Shown: positions 1 through 9,590 of the stretch, one piece after another
How positions within the stretch are numbered: position 1 is the first letter of the stretch
How the letters are laid out: the number at the start of each line of letters is the position of its first letter
Assembly: GCA_041744215.1 (NCBI GenBank)
Contig: JBGTLG010000016.1
Location: forward strand, 32,001 to 96,000
Reading direction: 5' to 3'
Length of the DNA stretch: 64,000 nucleotides
Source of the DNA: Fimbriimonadales bacterium
Lineage (GTDB): Bacteria; Armatimonadota; Fimbriimonadia; Fimbriimonadales; ATM1
Program-made: the position numbers and the translations under genes
Notes under the pieces: generated by a model
Told to the model about the DNA's origin: nothing
What the model saw: the letters and a program-made list of their open reading frames with translations, nothing else
Databases searched by the model: none

Positions 1-471
1 GCGACTCTTCGGGTGATCGTTGTGCGCGAAGCAGCCGATAAGTTGCGTGTCGAGGCTGCGTTGGCAACCCGGAGTTTCGGTGAGGTTGCTAAAGAGCACT
101 CTGTCGATCTTTCGAAGTTCGATGGAGGAAGCCTCGGCGAAGTCGCCATCGACCGCTTGCCTCAAAACGTCAGAAACCTCGTCGCAATCATTGAGGCTGG
201 GAAACACACGCCATGGATCGAGAGTCAGGGCGCCTTCTTGATGTATCACATTGACGCAAAAAGCGAATCAAAGCAACTTCCCTTGGATGACCGATTGCGA
301 CGCCAGATTCGGCGGAAGATGATGCTTGACATGGGTCGAGCCAAGAACAACGTCAAAGCGATGATGGACGAAATGCTCAAGACGGTCAAGGTGGAGATCG
401 CAGCACCCGGGCTTCAGAAGCTTTGGGACGCCTATATTCGCGATTATCAGCGCTCTCTTAGCGGGCAATGA
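1..471 (+). CDS. PpiC/parvulin-type peptidylprolyl isomerase (foldase), C-terminal part; 5' end outside window
   Basis: Motif FGEVAKEHSVD...GGSLG typical of parvulin domains; frame open from base 1. Confidence 0.7.
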   Translation, partial: ATLRVIVVREAADKLRVEAALATRSFGEVAKEHSVDLSKFDGGSLGEVAIDRLPQNVRNLVAIIEAGKHTPWIESQGAFLMYHIDAKSESKQLPLDDRLRRQIRRKMMLDMGRAKNNVKAMMDEMLKTVKVEIAAPGLQKLWDAYIRDYQRSLSGQ

Positions 472-1874
472 TCTCGATTGTCGGATTAGGTCCTGGCGAC
501 CGATCGCAGATACCTTTACGAAACTTGGATGCTCTCCGCTCTGCCGAGCGGGTTATCCTTCGAACCCAAATCCATCCGGCCGCGGGACACCTTCGCGCAG
601 AGGGTATCGCGTTTGAGACATGCGATGATCTTTACGAGACGGCTGAGAACTTTGAGTCGCTCTACCTCCAGATCGCCCAGCGTGTTCTTGATGCCGGCAG
701 CTGTGCTTATGCGGTGCCAGGGCATCCGCTGTTCGGCGAAGAGTCGGTACGCATTTTGCTCAATCGGATCGAATGTGAGGTTTTCGGTGCGCCGAGCTTT
801 GTTGATGCTGTCCTTGATGCTATTCAAACGCCGATCGCAGCTTCACTGCAAGTCTGGAATGCCTACGATCCAGCTGCCCACTTCCCGGATCCGCGCAGCT
901 CGCAAATCGTCTACAACCTAGATTCGAAAGATGTAGCCTCGGACGTCAAACTGTGGCTGCTAAGGTTTTTTCCGGCCGATCACGCTGTGACAGTCGTTTC
1001 CGGGTGGCTTTCCGGTGAGAACCCACGAAGACTCGGCGTCCCACTTTCGGAACTCGACCATCAAGAGTTTGATCCACTCACGAGCGCATTCATTGGATCG
1101 CTTGTTAGGGAGCGACCGTATGGGTTTTATGGTCTGGTTCATGTTGTTGACAAACTGCTGGGCCCAGATGGTTGCCCCTGGGATCGGGAGCAGACGCACG
1201 AGTCTCTCAAAAAGCATCTTCTTGAAGAGACGTATGAAGCGATCGAAGCAATCGATTCGGGTGATGCGGATCGGCTTTGTGAAGAGCTTGGCGATGTGCT
1301 TTTGCAACCGCTGATGCATTCACAGATGGATGCCATAGAAGGACTTTATGATATCGACGATGTCATTGATGGGATCACCCACAAATTGGTGCGGAGGCAC
1401 CCGCACGTATTCGGCGATATCAAGGTCAACGATGCCAAGGAAGTGCTCAACAACTGGGACATGATCAAGCAATCGGAAAAGCCCGATGGCGAGAAGTCTG
1501 TTCTCGACGGCGTACCGACCGCCCTGCCCGCTTTGCTGCGTGCTTATGAGGTTAGCAAGCGAGCAGCTCGGGTCGGGTTTGAATGGCCGGATTTTCAGTC
1601 TGTGCTGGCAAAAGTCGAAGAAGAGCGAGCTGAGTTAGAGGAGGCGATTATCGCCGGCGATCCTGAGGAGATCGAAGCTGAACTCGGCGACTTGCTGTTC
1701 GCTCTCGTAAATGTCGCTCGGTGGAAAGGCGTCGAGCCGGAGGAGGCACTACGAAAGATGGTGACTCGGTTCTCGGGGAGGTTCGCTAAGATGGAGCAAT
1801 CTGCTAACAAAGCCCTTAAGGAGCATTCTTTTGCCGAGTGGGATGCGCTCTGGGAACGCGCAAAACAAAGTTAG
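468..1874 (+). CDS. mazG: Tetrapyrrole methylase-like / MazG nucleoside triphosphate pyrophosphohydrolase fusion (YabN type)
   Basis: N-terminal IVGLGPGD and YAVPGHP; two MazG domains (GCPWDREQT, EELGDVL, RRHPHVF, ELGDLLF). Confidence 0.9.
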   Translation: MISIVGLGPGDRSQIPLRNLDALRSAERVILRTQIHPAAGHLRAEGIAFETCDDLYETAENFESLYLQIAQRVLDAGSCAYAVPGHPLFGEESVRILLNRIECEVFGAPSFVDAVLDAIQTPIAASLQVWNAYDPAAHFPDPRSSQIVYNLDSKDVASDVKLWLLRFFPADHAVTVVSGWLSGENPRRLGVPLSELDHQEFDPLTSAFIGSLVRERPYGFYGLVHVVDKLLGPDGCPWDREQTHESLKKHLLEETYEAIEAIDSGDADRLCEELGDVLLQPLMHSQMDAIEGLYDIDDVIDGITHKLVRRHPHVFGDIKVNDAKEVLNNWDMIKQSEKPDGEKSVLDGVPTALPALLRAYEVSKRAARVGFEWPDFQSVLAKVEEERAELEEAIIAGDPEEIEAELGDLLFALVNVARWKGVEPEEALRKMVTRFSGRFAKMEQSANKALKEHSFAEWDALWERAKQS

Positions 1875-2602
1875 GGCGCGAAGTTCGCAACCCGTTCCTT
1901 GTTTTTGCTAAGAACTCTCAACGAGAGTTGGTCGGCATCAGATGGCAGATCCTCCAATCGAAACTCAATTCGATAGAGCCGCAGATGATGGATGCCGAGA
2001 GTGTACGGATCCGGCGCCACTATGGACTCAAACTCACCGACAAGCCAAGGTGCCCCTGGAGCGAATTGATGCCAGGGAAATCCCACAAGAAGACTGAATT
2101 CGTTTGACCTCTGCTTGTAGGCAAGTTGCAGCCTCGTTGGCTGCACAACAGTTTTTCCGGAGATTAGGACGAATCTGACTTGATCGAGTTCGTCCAATCG
2201 TGCGGATCCTGACTGTTGTGCGTTGATCACGTCGTTCTGGGGCGATGCGGCAAGTTGCACCAAGAACACCAGCCTTCCATCGACCTCACCGCGCACACTC
2301 GCCCACCGCCTAACCAACTCTTGATCGTCGAAGTGGTCACGCCTCTGTAGGAATCCGAGGCGACTCGCGACGAAGCCTGGCGCGAACCGCCAGGCAAACT
2401 CCATTGGCTGCCGGACTGGGCCAGCGTGCCTCCAACCGATCTGGACCTGGAAAGGCGCTGCACAGCGCCATCCGGCAGACGGTGACTCGCCCCATTCACG
2501 GCCTCGTTCAACCCACTCAGTGGGTGCTGACGAAGGAAACTCGAGGGACCGTCCAGGGTCGGCCAGGCAAATGAAGGCAACCGCGAGCGTCGAAAGCGTC
2601 AC
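1871..2602 (-). CDS. Hypothetical protein, possibly exported
   Basis: Long ORF filling the gap after the RND gene; GTG at 2602 avoids the overlap and gives a hydrophobic N-terminus. Confidence 0.55.
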   Translation of the reverse strand: MTLSTLAVAFICLADPGRSLEFPSSAPTEWVERGREWGESPSAGWRCAAPFQVQIGWRHAGPVRQPMEFAWRFAPGFVASRLGFLQRRDHFDDQELVRRWASVRGEVDGRLVFLVQLAASPQNDVINAQQSGSARLDELDQVRFVLISGKTVVQPTRLQLAYKQRSNEFSLLVGFPWHQFAPGAPWLVGEFESIVAPDPYTLGIHHLRLYRIEFRLEDLPSDADQLSLRVLSKNKERVANFAP

Positions 2603-2609
2603 ACCTTGA

Positions 2610-5600
2610 TTATCGGTCGGCCGTTGTGCGGAACTCTCCCTGCTCTTGCGCTTTAGACTTCGGCGACATGCGACGCTTAAGCCTGTCGATTGAGGTCGAA
2701 AGGTCATCAAAAATCGTGTAGCTGCACGGAATGACAAAGAGAGTTAGCAAGGTCGAGAGGCTAAGACCGCCAATGATGACAATGCCGAGCCCTTGACGAA
2801 ACTCGGAACCACGACCGAAGGCTAGCGCGATTGGCACCATTGCGAGTATTAGTGCAAGCGTTGTCATCATGATTGGGCGGAGACGCGCGTAGCCCGAGTC
2901 GAGGAGAGCCGTGTGCCTGTCTTCGCCGCGGGCACGGAGAGTGTTTGCGTAGTCAACAAGCAAAATTGCGTTTTTGCCGACGAGCCCGATCAGCATGATG
3001 ACGCCAATAACGCCGACGATATCAAATGCCTTACCTGCAATCATGAGTGCGAGGAAGGCACCGACCAACGCTTGTGGCTGCGCGAGCTGAATGACGAATG
3101 GGTACAGCACGTTGTTGAACAGCGAGGCAAGCACCAAGAAGACGAGGATGATTCCGAGCCCGAATGCCATTGCAATATAAGGCTGTTCTCTCTGTTGCGT
3201 TTCGTTCTCGCCTTGTTGCGCGAAGAAGACATTGTCACCCAGGTTCGCTTCGTCCAGCGCTTTTTCGATTTTTGGGCCCATCGTGCCGATGATGTATCCA
3301 GGAAGCAAGTTCGCGCTCACTACGATTTGCCGTTGTCGGTCCTTTCGTTCCACTTTGTCAGTCGACTCACTCTCTTTTATGTTGGCGATTTGCCCGAGAT
3401 AAACCGGATTTCCTTGTCGAAATGCAATGGGTACTGAGGAGAGAGCGGCTGCATCTTGGCGTACATCGTCAGCGAGGTTGATGCGTATGTTGTATTCGCG
3501 CCCACCTTCTCGAAACTTTGCGTCGGTGTTCCCCTCGTACAGCACGCGAGTCACAGCTCCAAGCGTCGCAACGGATAGATCATTGTCTGCAAGCCTCACG
3601 CGGTCGGGCTCGACTACTAACTCCGGCTTGCCTGGATTAGAGGAGAGCTCGACATTTACGATTCCTTCGACGTTAGCGAGCGCAGCAAGTGCCCTCTGTG
3701 CGGCTGGCGCCACAGCCTCGGCGTCGGTACTCTTGATACCGACTTGAACCGGTGCGCCAAATGCGAATCCGCTTTGCGCACTGACTACGATTCTTGCATC
3801 CGGTATCTTGCCTATGCGTTGCTGCAAGTCGGTGACGAGGGAGTTTTGATGGCGAGTCCGCAGCCCGTCTTCTTTCGCCCAGAACTTTAGGACGTCCTCT
3901 AGCGACTGCTTGTCTCTGAGAGTCACCTGCAACTGAGCATATTGTGAGCCTGAGCTCCTTGTTCCGATGCCACTCGTTTGCGCCCCGACGGTGCTTGTGA
4001 CGTACTCGACGTCTGGAATCTCCCTTGCGATTCCTTCGATGCGCTCAACCACGCCGAGCGTTCTGTCAAGCGAGGCACCGGGCGGCATTGTAACGTTTAC
4101 CGACAGTTGTCCTGAATCGGTCGCGGGCGCAAAACTGAAGTTGAAGATTGGCCCGCCTTTGAACTGAGTCAGCGTAAAGCCCAAGACGGTAAACGCAATC
4201 ATCGCCGCTGCGAAGAGTGCGCCTCCGAGCAGGATTCGAACGTTTGTTTTTCGTGCGAGGAAACTAAGAACAAAGATAGCAATCGCAACAACGCCCGCAG
4301 TCATAGCGAGCCCCATTCCCATTTCCACGGCTGCTCCGGCACTCGGAGCGAAGCTGCCTCCGATCATCATAAACACACCAAACAAGAATGCCCACCCGCC
4401 AACGAAGACGAGCCACCGACGCTCAAGCGCCTTGTTAAGGACGCGGCGGTACCCGTCGGCGAAACGATGGAAGCCGATGTCGAACCACTTTCCAAATCCC
4501 CGCTTGTCTTCTAAGTTTTCTCCTTTCCGATACCAGCGGGAAGCAAGCATGGGCGTAAGGGTAAACGAAACAAAAAGCGAGAACAGTGTGGCCGTTGCGA
4601 CAGTCAGAGCGAACGGTCGGAAGAATTGCCCGGTGATTCCCCCCATCATCGCAACGGGGAGGAAGATAACCACGTCAACCATCGTTATCGAAACTGCGGC
4701 GAGGCCGATTTCCATTCGCCCGTTGATTGCGGCCGTCTCGGGATCCTCACCCATTTGAAGGTGCCGATAAGTGTTCTCTAACACAACGATCGCGTCGTCG
4801 ACGAGGATGCCTACTGCCAGTGAAAGGCCGAGCATCGTCATGATGTTAAGGGTGAACCCGAAGGCACCGATTGCGGCGAACGCGGCGAATAGACACGTTG
4901 GAATCGCGAGAGCCACAATCAGAGTCCCCCTGAAGTTATGGAGGAACATGTAGACGATGCCAACCACGCCGACTATGCCCACGAACAACGCGATGTTGAG
5001 TTCGTGCAGCGACTCCTTGACTTGCTTTGCAGCCTCGCGCGTGACCGTAAACTTGATCGGAAACTCGTCGCCGAGTGTCGCCAACTCCGCTTTGACCGCA
5101 TCCGTGATCGCAACCGTGTTCCCCTCGCGCGTTTTCTGAATAGTCAGGATTACCGCATCGCGGCCGTTTACACGGCTGACTTCGGTTCGTTCTGCGGGCC
5201 CGTCGGTGATCGTTGCAATGTCACGCAGGCGCACGACAGCAGGTGATACGTTTGGATCCATTCGGTCTGAGACGGGGATAACAAGATTGCGGAGTTCGTC
5301 GACGGTGGAGAATTCTCCCTGTACACGAACAGAAGTTTCGCTGCTGCCTTCGGTTATTCGTCCGCCAGGAATGTTTACGGCCGCTCCACGAAGCGCATTC
5401 AAAGTGTCTGTGATGCCCAATCCGTAACTCAACAAACGGTTATGGTCTACAGCCACACGAAGCTCCCGGATCTGACCACCTGTGACACGAACTTCTGCAA
5501 CTCCGGGGACCCGGGCCAACCTATCGCGAACGCGATCATCGAGGGTGTCTCGCAGATCAAGCGCAGAGAGAGTTTCGCTCTCCGCCGCGATGAAGAGAAT

Positions 5601-6011
5601 GGGTTCGTTCGCCAGATTGAGCTTAGAGACGATGGGCTTTTCTGAATCAACCGGGAGAGTGCCCACGACCTCATCTACTTTGGATTTGACATCGTTTAGC
5701 GATCCATCCTGGTCGACACCAAGTTCAAACTCGATTGCTACAATTGAGAGCCCTTCAAGTGAGGTTGACTGGATACTTCGTATTCCATTGACTGTTGTGA
5801 CCGCATCTTCTATGGGCTTCGAGACGAGGGTCTCGATCTCTTGCGGGCTTGCACCTGGATATGGCGTCTGAATTGTGATGAACGGGAAGTCAATCTCTGG
5901 GTTCTGTTCAACGGGCAAACTCTGCAACGCGAGATAACCCAAGACCATGGCGGCGATCATAAGCATGAAGACCCAAACGGGTCGTCGGATCGCTGCGAGG
6001 GTCAGCCACAT
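2610..6011 (-). CDS. RND efflux transporter permease (AcrB/SwrC-like)
   Basis: AIRRPV N-terminus, GILVDDAIVVLEN, GLVGKNAILLVD and RLRPIMMT motifs; 1133 aa. Confidence 0.95.
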   Translation of the reverse strand: MWLTLAAIRRPVWVFMLMIAAMVLGYLALQSLPVEQNPEIDFPFITIQTPYPGASPQEIETLVSKPIEDAVTTVNGIRSIQSTSLEGLSIVAIEFELGVDQDGSLNDVKSKVDEVVGTLPVDSEKPIVSKLNLANEPILFIAAESETLSALDLRDTLDDRVRDRLARVPGVAEVRVTGGQIRELRVAVDHNRLLSYGLGITDTLNALRGAAVNIPGGRITEGSSETSVRVQGEFSTVDELRNLVIPVSDRMDPNVSPAVVRLRDIATITDGPAERTEVSRVNGRDAVILTIQKTREGNTVAITDAVKAELATLGDEFPIKFTVTREAAKQVKESLHELNIALFVGIVGVVGIVYMFLHNFRGTLIVALAIPTCLFAAFAAIGAFGFTLNIMTMLGLSLAVGILVDDAIVVLENTYRHLQMGEDPETAAINGRMEIGLAAVSITMVDVVIFLPVAMMGGITGQFFRPFALTVATATLFSLFVSFTLTPMLASRWYRKGENLEDKRGFGKWFDIGFHRFADGYRRVLNKALERRWLVFVGGWAFLFGVFMMIGGSFAPSAGAAVEMGMGLAMTAGVVAIAIFVLSFLARKTNVRILLGGALFAAAMIAFTVLGFTLTQFKGGPIFNFSFAPATDSGQLSVNVTMPPGASLDRTLGVVERIEGIAREIPDVEYVTSTVGAQTSGIGTRSSGSQYAQLQVTLRDKQSLEDVLKFWAKEDGLRTRHQNSLVTDLQQRIGKIPDARIVVSAQSGFAFGAPVQVGIKSTDAEAVAPAAQRALAALANVEGIVNVELSSNPGKPELVVEPDRVRLADNDLSVATLGAVTRVLYEGNTDAKFREGGREYNIRINLADDVRQDAAALSSVPIAFRQGNPVYLGQIANIKESESTDKVERKDRQRQIVVSANLLPGYIIGTMGPKIEKALDEANLGDNVFFAQQGENETQQREQPYIAMAFGLGIILVFLVLASLFNNVLYPFVIQLAQPQALVGAFLALMIAGKAFDIVGVIGVIMLIGLVGKNAILLVDYANTLRARGEDRHTALLDSGYARLRPIMMTTLALILAMVPIALAFGRGSEFRQGLGIVIIGGLSLSTLLTLFVIPCSYTIFDDLSTSIDRLKRRMSPKSKAQEQGEFRTTADR

Positions 6012-7466
6012 TTACGCATCACCCGCCGATCGTGCGCCCTCACGGATGGCGTCACCATCGGTGAGCGAATCTTTACCTTTGAGGATGACTCGCTGTGAGG
6101 GGGAGAGCCCGAAAACTTGGACCCAATCCTCTTTGATGAGCCCTAATGTGACTTCAATTCTTTTGGCTTTTGTTCCGTCGGCGACGAATACATAATGCTT
6201 TGTACCTTCGGATCGCACAGCATCGCGAGGGATGAGTGTTGCATCCATAGAGGTCGATAGCGTCAGCATTCCCCGCGCGTACATTCCCGGACGGAGCGTG
6301 CCTCCACCATTCGATACTGCGATGCGTGTAGCGAAGAGGCGACCCAATTCGTTCGCATCCGGACGGATGGCGATAACGACGCCTGCAAAGTCGCGATCTG
6401 GGAACGCGTCTATTCGAATCTTCGCTGGCTGCCCGATCTTTACTCGCGAAACTTCGAGCTCGGGAATCTGCGCCTCGAAATAGACGCTGCCAAGTCCTAC
6501 GATTCGCGCAACCGGGGAACCTGGGCCGACGGTTTGGCCGGTCTTCGCGGGGGTCCCGCTGACATACCCGTCTATCGGGGACACCACTACCGTCTCTGAG
6601 AGTTGCTGCCTAACGAGCCGAAGCTGCGCTTCAGCCTGGCGGACATTCGCTTGGGCTTGAATCACTCGCTCACTAGCAGCAGCGTCCAACATCGCGTTAG
6701 CCTTTGCGGACAAAAGCTGCTCTTCAGCCGCGCGAACGGCATCTTCGGCAACTCGGATCTCCTCCGGGCGCGCGCCTTCTAGGACCAAGTTATAGCCTTC
6801 GACTGCAGTTCGATAGTTCGCAAGCGCCATGTCATATTGCAACTGTGCCGACTCGACTTCTGCGAGCGCAATTGCATCCTCGCGATACAGTCGCTTTGCG
6901 CGGTCCAGGTCGGCCTTCGCCTTGTTCATCGAAGACTCCGCGCTGTTGACTCGCTCTCTTGCTTGCGCTTTTTCTTGTTCTCGTGCCCCTTTTCTAACCA
7001 GGGCGAGTTGACTCTTCGCCTGTGCAAGCGCGGCCTCTGCCTGACGCACTGCGGCGCCGCTTTGCGCCGGAGTTACGCGAGCTTGGATCCTCGCTTGAGC
7101 GAGGGCGCTTTCAGCGGCCGCAACCCCAGCTTGCGCCTGCTGAATCTGATGCAGGAGCCCGGCTGAGTCAACTTGCGCGATAGTCTGGCCAGCCTTGACT
7201 GGCGATCCATCCTGCACCGAAACGAACACAAGTCTCCCAGCAGTCCTTGCGCCGATCGTAACCTCATCGAGCGTTCGAAGTGGGCCGCTCACTTCCAACC
7301 CACTTTCAACGCTTTCTATCTTGGGCGTGACAAACGTGACTGGAACAACTTTGTCCGAGAGCAACTGTTTTTGAATCGCTGCCTCTTTTTGAGCCTGCCT
7401 ATCTGGGCAACCGCCGCTCACCGCTGCGGCAACGACTATGAGCATGAGAATAGGTCCGTGCTTCAT
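6012..7466 (-). CDS. RND periplasmic adaptor (membrane fusion protein), probable lipoprotein
   Basis: Lipobox-like VSGGC; lipoyl halves (V.DGSPVKAGQ and SPIDG) around a long coiled coil; LRPGMYA; start overlaps TolC stop (TGATG). Confidence 0.9.
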   Translation of the reverse strand: MKHGPILMLIVVAAAVSGGCPDRQAQKEAAIQKQLLSDKVVPVTFVTPKIESVESGLEVSGPLRTLDEVTIGARTAGRLVFVSVQDGSPVKAGQTIAQVDSAGLLHQIQQAQAGVAAAESALAQARIQARVTPAQSGAAVRQAEAALAQAKSQLALVRKGAREQEKAQARERVNSAESSMNKAKADLDRAKRLYREDAIALAEVESAQLQYDMALANYRTAVEGYNLVLEGARPEEIRVAEDAVRAAEEQLLSAKANAMLDAAASERVIQAQANVRQAEAQLRLVRQQLSETVVVSPIDGYVSGTPAKTGQTVGPGSPVARIVGLGSVYFEAQIPELEVSRVKIGQPAKIRIDAFPDRDFAGVVIAIRPDANELGRLFATRIAVSNGGGTLRPGMYARGMLTLSTSMDATLIPRDAVRSEGTKHYVFVADGTKAKRIEVTLGLIKEDWVQVFGLSPSQRVILKGKDSLTDGDAIREGARSAGDA

Positions 7467-8788
7467 CAAACATCCTCCGAGCCAACGGCTCGCTGCAAGT
7501 CCGCGACTGCATTCCAATAGTCGTAGACAGCAGATACGTGCGCACTTCTCGCGCGCGTGTAAAGCGCAGTGGCGTCGGAAACTTCAACTGGCGTTCCGAT
7601 GCCCTCTCGATACCGGAGATTAGCAAGCCTGAGCGTCTCCCGTGCGACATCGACGTTCTTTTCTGCCGACTCGATGATCTTCCGAGACGCGACGACGGTG
7701 AGATACGCCTGGCGCACGTCGACTTCGACCGCAAGGCTAACTTGGTTAAGGGCGTTCTCTGCTCTTGCTTCCTCTTGTCGCGCGTGCCCGACACGTGCCC
7801 GAGTCAGTCCACCGTCGAACAATGGAAAACTGAAGAACGCTGCCGCTGACGCAGTGTCCTTCGCTGCCCCGAAGCCTGAGGCATCTGGATCACGAGTGAA
7901 GTTCACCTGGACGTTTAACGTGGGGAGTCCTTCGCGCTGTCGAGCTTGACGGTACTTGATTTGGTATTCGACAACGTGCTCAGCTGCTAAAACTTCTGGA
8001 CGAGTTTCGTGTGCCAGTTGTATGAGTTCCTCCATCGACTTTGTTACGGCGGGCAGCCCTTCGGGGCGAACCAGCGCTACGGGTGTACTAGTGGGCCGCG
8101 AAAGAACGAAGTTGAACGACGCCTTCGCCAGTTCGACGCCGTTGAGCGCTAGAATCAAGTTTTGCTCGGCGGAGCTGGCGTCAGCTTGAAAGCGAATGAC
8201 GTCGAACCTTGCGACTTTCCCAGCCGCATACTGTTCTTCGGACACTCTGAGGTGCTCCTTCGCTGCAGCAAGTTGCTCTTCCGCAACTCCGACAAACTCT
8301 TGCGCCTGTAAGACTTGGAAGAAAGCCGACTTTGCTTCAGCCCCGGCGTTGTTCCTTGCAGCGTCAAGTTGCCGATCGCTTGCCCTTTGCAATGATCGCG
8401 CTCCGTCGACCCCGAGACGGTAGATGCCGAACAAGTCTACGGGTTGCATGAGGTTGAATTGCAACGACTTGCGGTCGATCGGCCGCACAACTACCGGAGG
8501 TGACATGGGATCGAAAACCACGGCAATCTCTCGGTCGTATCGCAGATAACTCGCATCGAATGTCAGCCTTGGCAAGGCTGCGCTCCGGGCTTGTTGGATC
8601 GTTTCCGCAACCCCTTTCGCATTTGCCTGCGCGTCTATGACTCCGAAAGCCGACTGCCGTGCGATCCTTACCGCGTCCTCAAGTGTCAACGGGTTTTGCG
8701 CCATCGCAGCGACGCCTGAAATCAGCGCAAACACCGCGACGCTTCGTGTACAGAATCGATGTGCGTTCAATATTGCCTCTCTATTCAC
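7466..8788 (-). CDS. TolC-family outer membrane efflux protein
   Basis: Signal peptide, LTLEDAVRIA, FPLFDGG, RYREGIGT; lies in RND operon. Confidence 0.9.
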   Translation of the reverse strand: MNREAILNAHRFCTRSVAVFALISGVAAMAQNPLTLEDAVRIARQSAFGVIDAQANAKGVAETIQQARSAALPRLTFDASYLRYDREIAVVFDPMSPPVVVRPIDRKSLQFNLMQPVDLFGIYRLGVDGARSLQRASDRQLDAARNNAGAEAKSAFFQVLQAQEFVGVAEEQLAAAKEHLRVSEEQYAAGKVARFDVIRFQADASSAEQNLILALNGVELAKASFNFVLSRPTSTPVALVRPEGLPAVTKSMEELIQLAHETRPEVLAAEHVVEYQIKYRQARQREGLPTLNVQVNFTRDPDASGFGAAKDTASAAAFFSFPLFDGGLTRARVGHARQEEARAENALNQVSLAVEVDVRQAYLTVVASRKIIESAEKNVDVARETLRLANLRYREGIGTPVEVSDATALYTRARSAHVSAVYDYWNAVADLQRAVGSEDV

Positions 8789-9389
8789 TTGCCTTTGGTC
8801 CGGTTCGTTGCATAACCCCGTGGAAGACTATTTCGACTAGATCCCTCAGTCGATCAGGAGGTGCCCCAACAAGAAACAACATCGCGACTGTATGAAGAAT
8901 CATTCTCGCGGTGACTTCGGTGTTGTGTTCTCGGAGTTCGCCAGCAGCGACTCTCGCAGCGAGATATCGGGCGAGCAACTGGCAACCCTCGTTCGTCATG
9001 CCAACCCATCTCTCGTGCATGTCCTCGTTGACGAGGCCCTCCCGGACGAAGATACAAATCACACGCCCTTTTTCTGCGAGGAGGTCGTAAAAAGCCTGGG
9101 CTACCTCGGGCAAGATCTCAGACGCGGGTCGCTCAAAGGAGGGTAACAGCACTCGCCGGAGTTCAGGGATCACGCCGTATCGCTCGACAACCTTTGCAAG
9201 GAGGTCCTCCTTGCTTTCGAAGTAATGGTAGATGAGCCCTGGAGCGACTCCTGCCGAGTCGGCGAGTTCCTTCATGCTAGTCCCTTCCCATCCTCGCGAC
9301 GAGAACAGCTCGAGGGCAGCCTCGAGGAGCTGCTCTCGCCGCTCCTCTGCTTGGATATCTCGTTTGGTAGGGGCTTTCTGCTCGTTCAT
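8781..9389 (-). CDS. TetR/AcrR-family regulator
   Basis: HTH AALELFSSRGWEGTSMKELADSAGVAPGLIYHYFESKEDL; ATG at 9389 lies downstream of the promoter. Confidence 0.9.
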   Translation of the reverse strand: MNEQKAPTKRDIQAEERREQLLEAALELFSSRGWEGTSMKELADSAGVAPGLIYHYFESKEDLLAKVVERYGVIPELRRVLLPSFERPASEILPEVAQAFYDLLAEKGRVICIFVREGLVNEDMHERWVGMTNEGCQLLARYLAARVAAGELREHNTEVTARMILHTVAMLFLVGAPPDRLRDLVEIVFHGVMQRTGPKASE

Positions 9390-9436
9390 TGAACGTTCAG
9401 TCAGCGAATATACGCCAGAGGTTGACCACCTGTCAA
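9390..9436 (-). promoter_or_regulatory. Sigma70 promoter of the tetR-tolC-MFP-RND operon with candidate operators
   Basis: TTGACA (9436-9431), 18-nt spacer, TATATT (9412-9407); palindromes TGAACGTTCA (9390-9399) and TTGAC-N5-GTCAA (9422-9436). Confidence 0.75.
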
Positions 9437-9590
9437 GCGGTACTGGGCAGATAGGCAACAAATGAGGCTAAAATCTGATTTCCATAGCGGAAAACAGGTC
9501 GGTGTTAGCGGCTTAACCGGCGCGGGCGACGTCCCTAACTGCAAGCGTTTTTCGCAGGGACGCGCACTTTCCAGACGGGAGAGCTACTGA

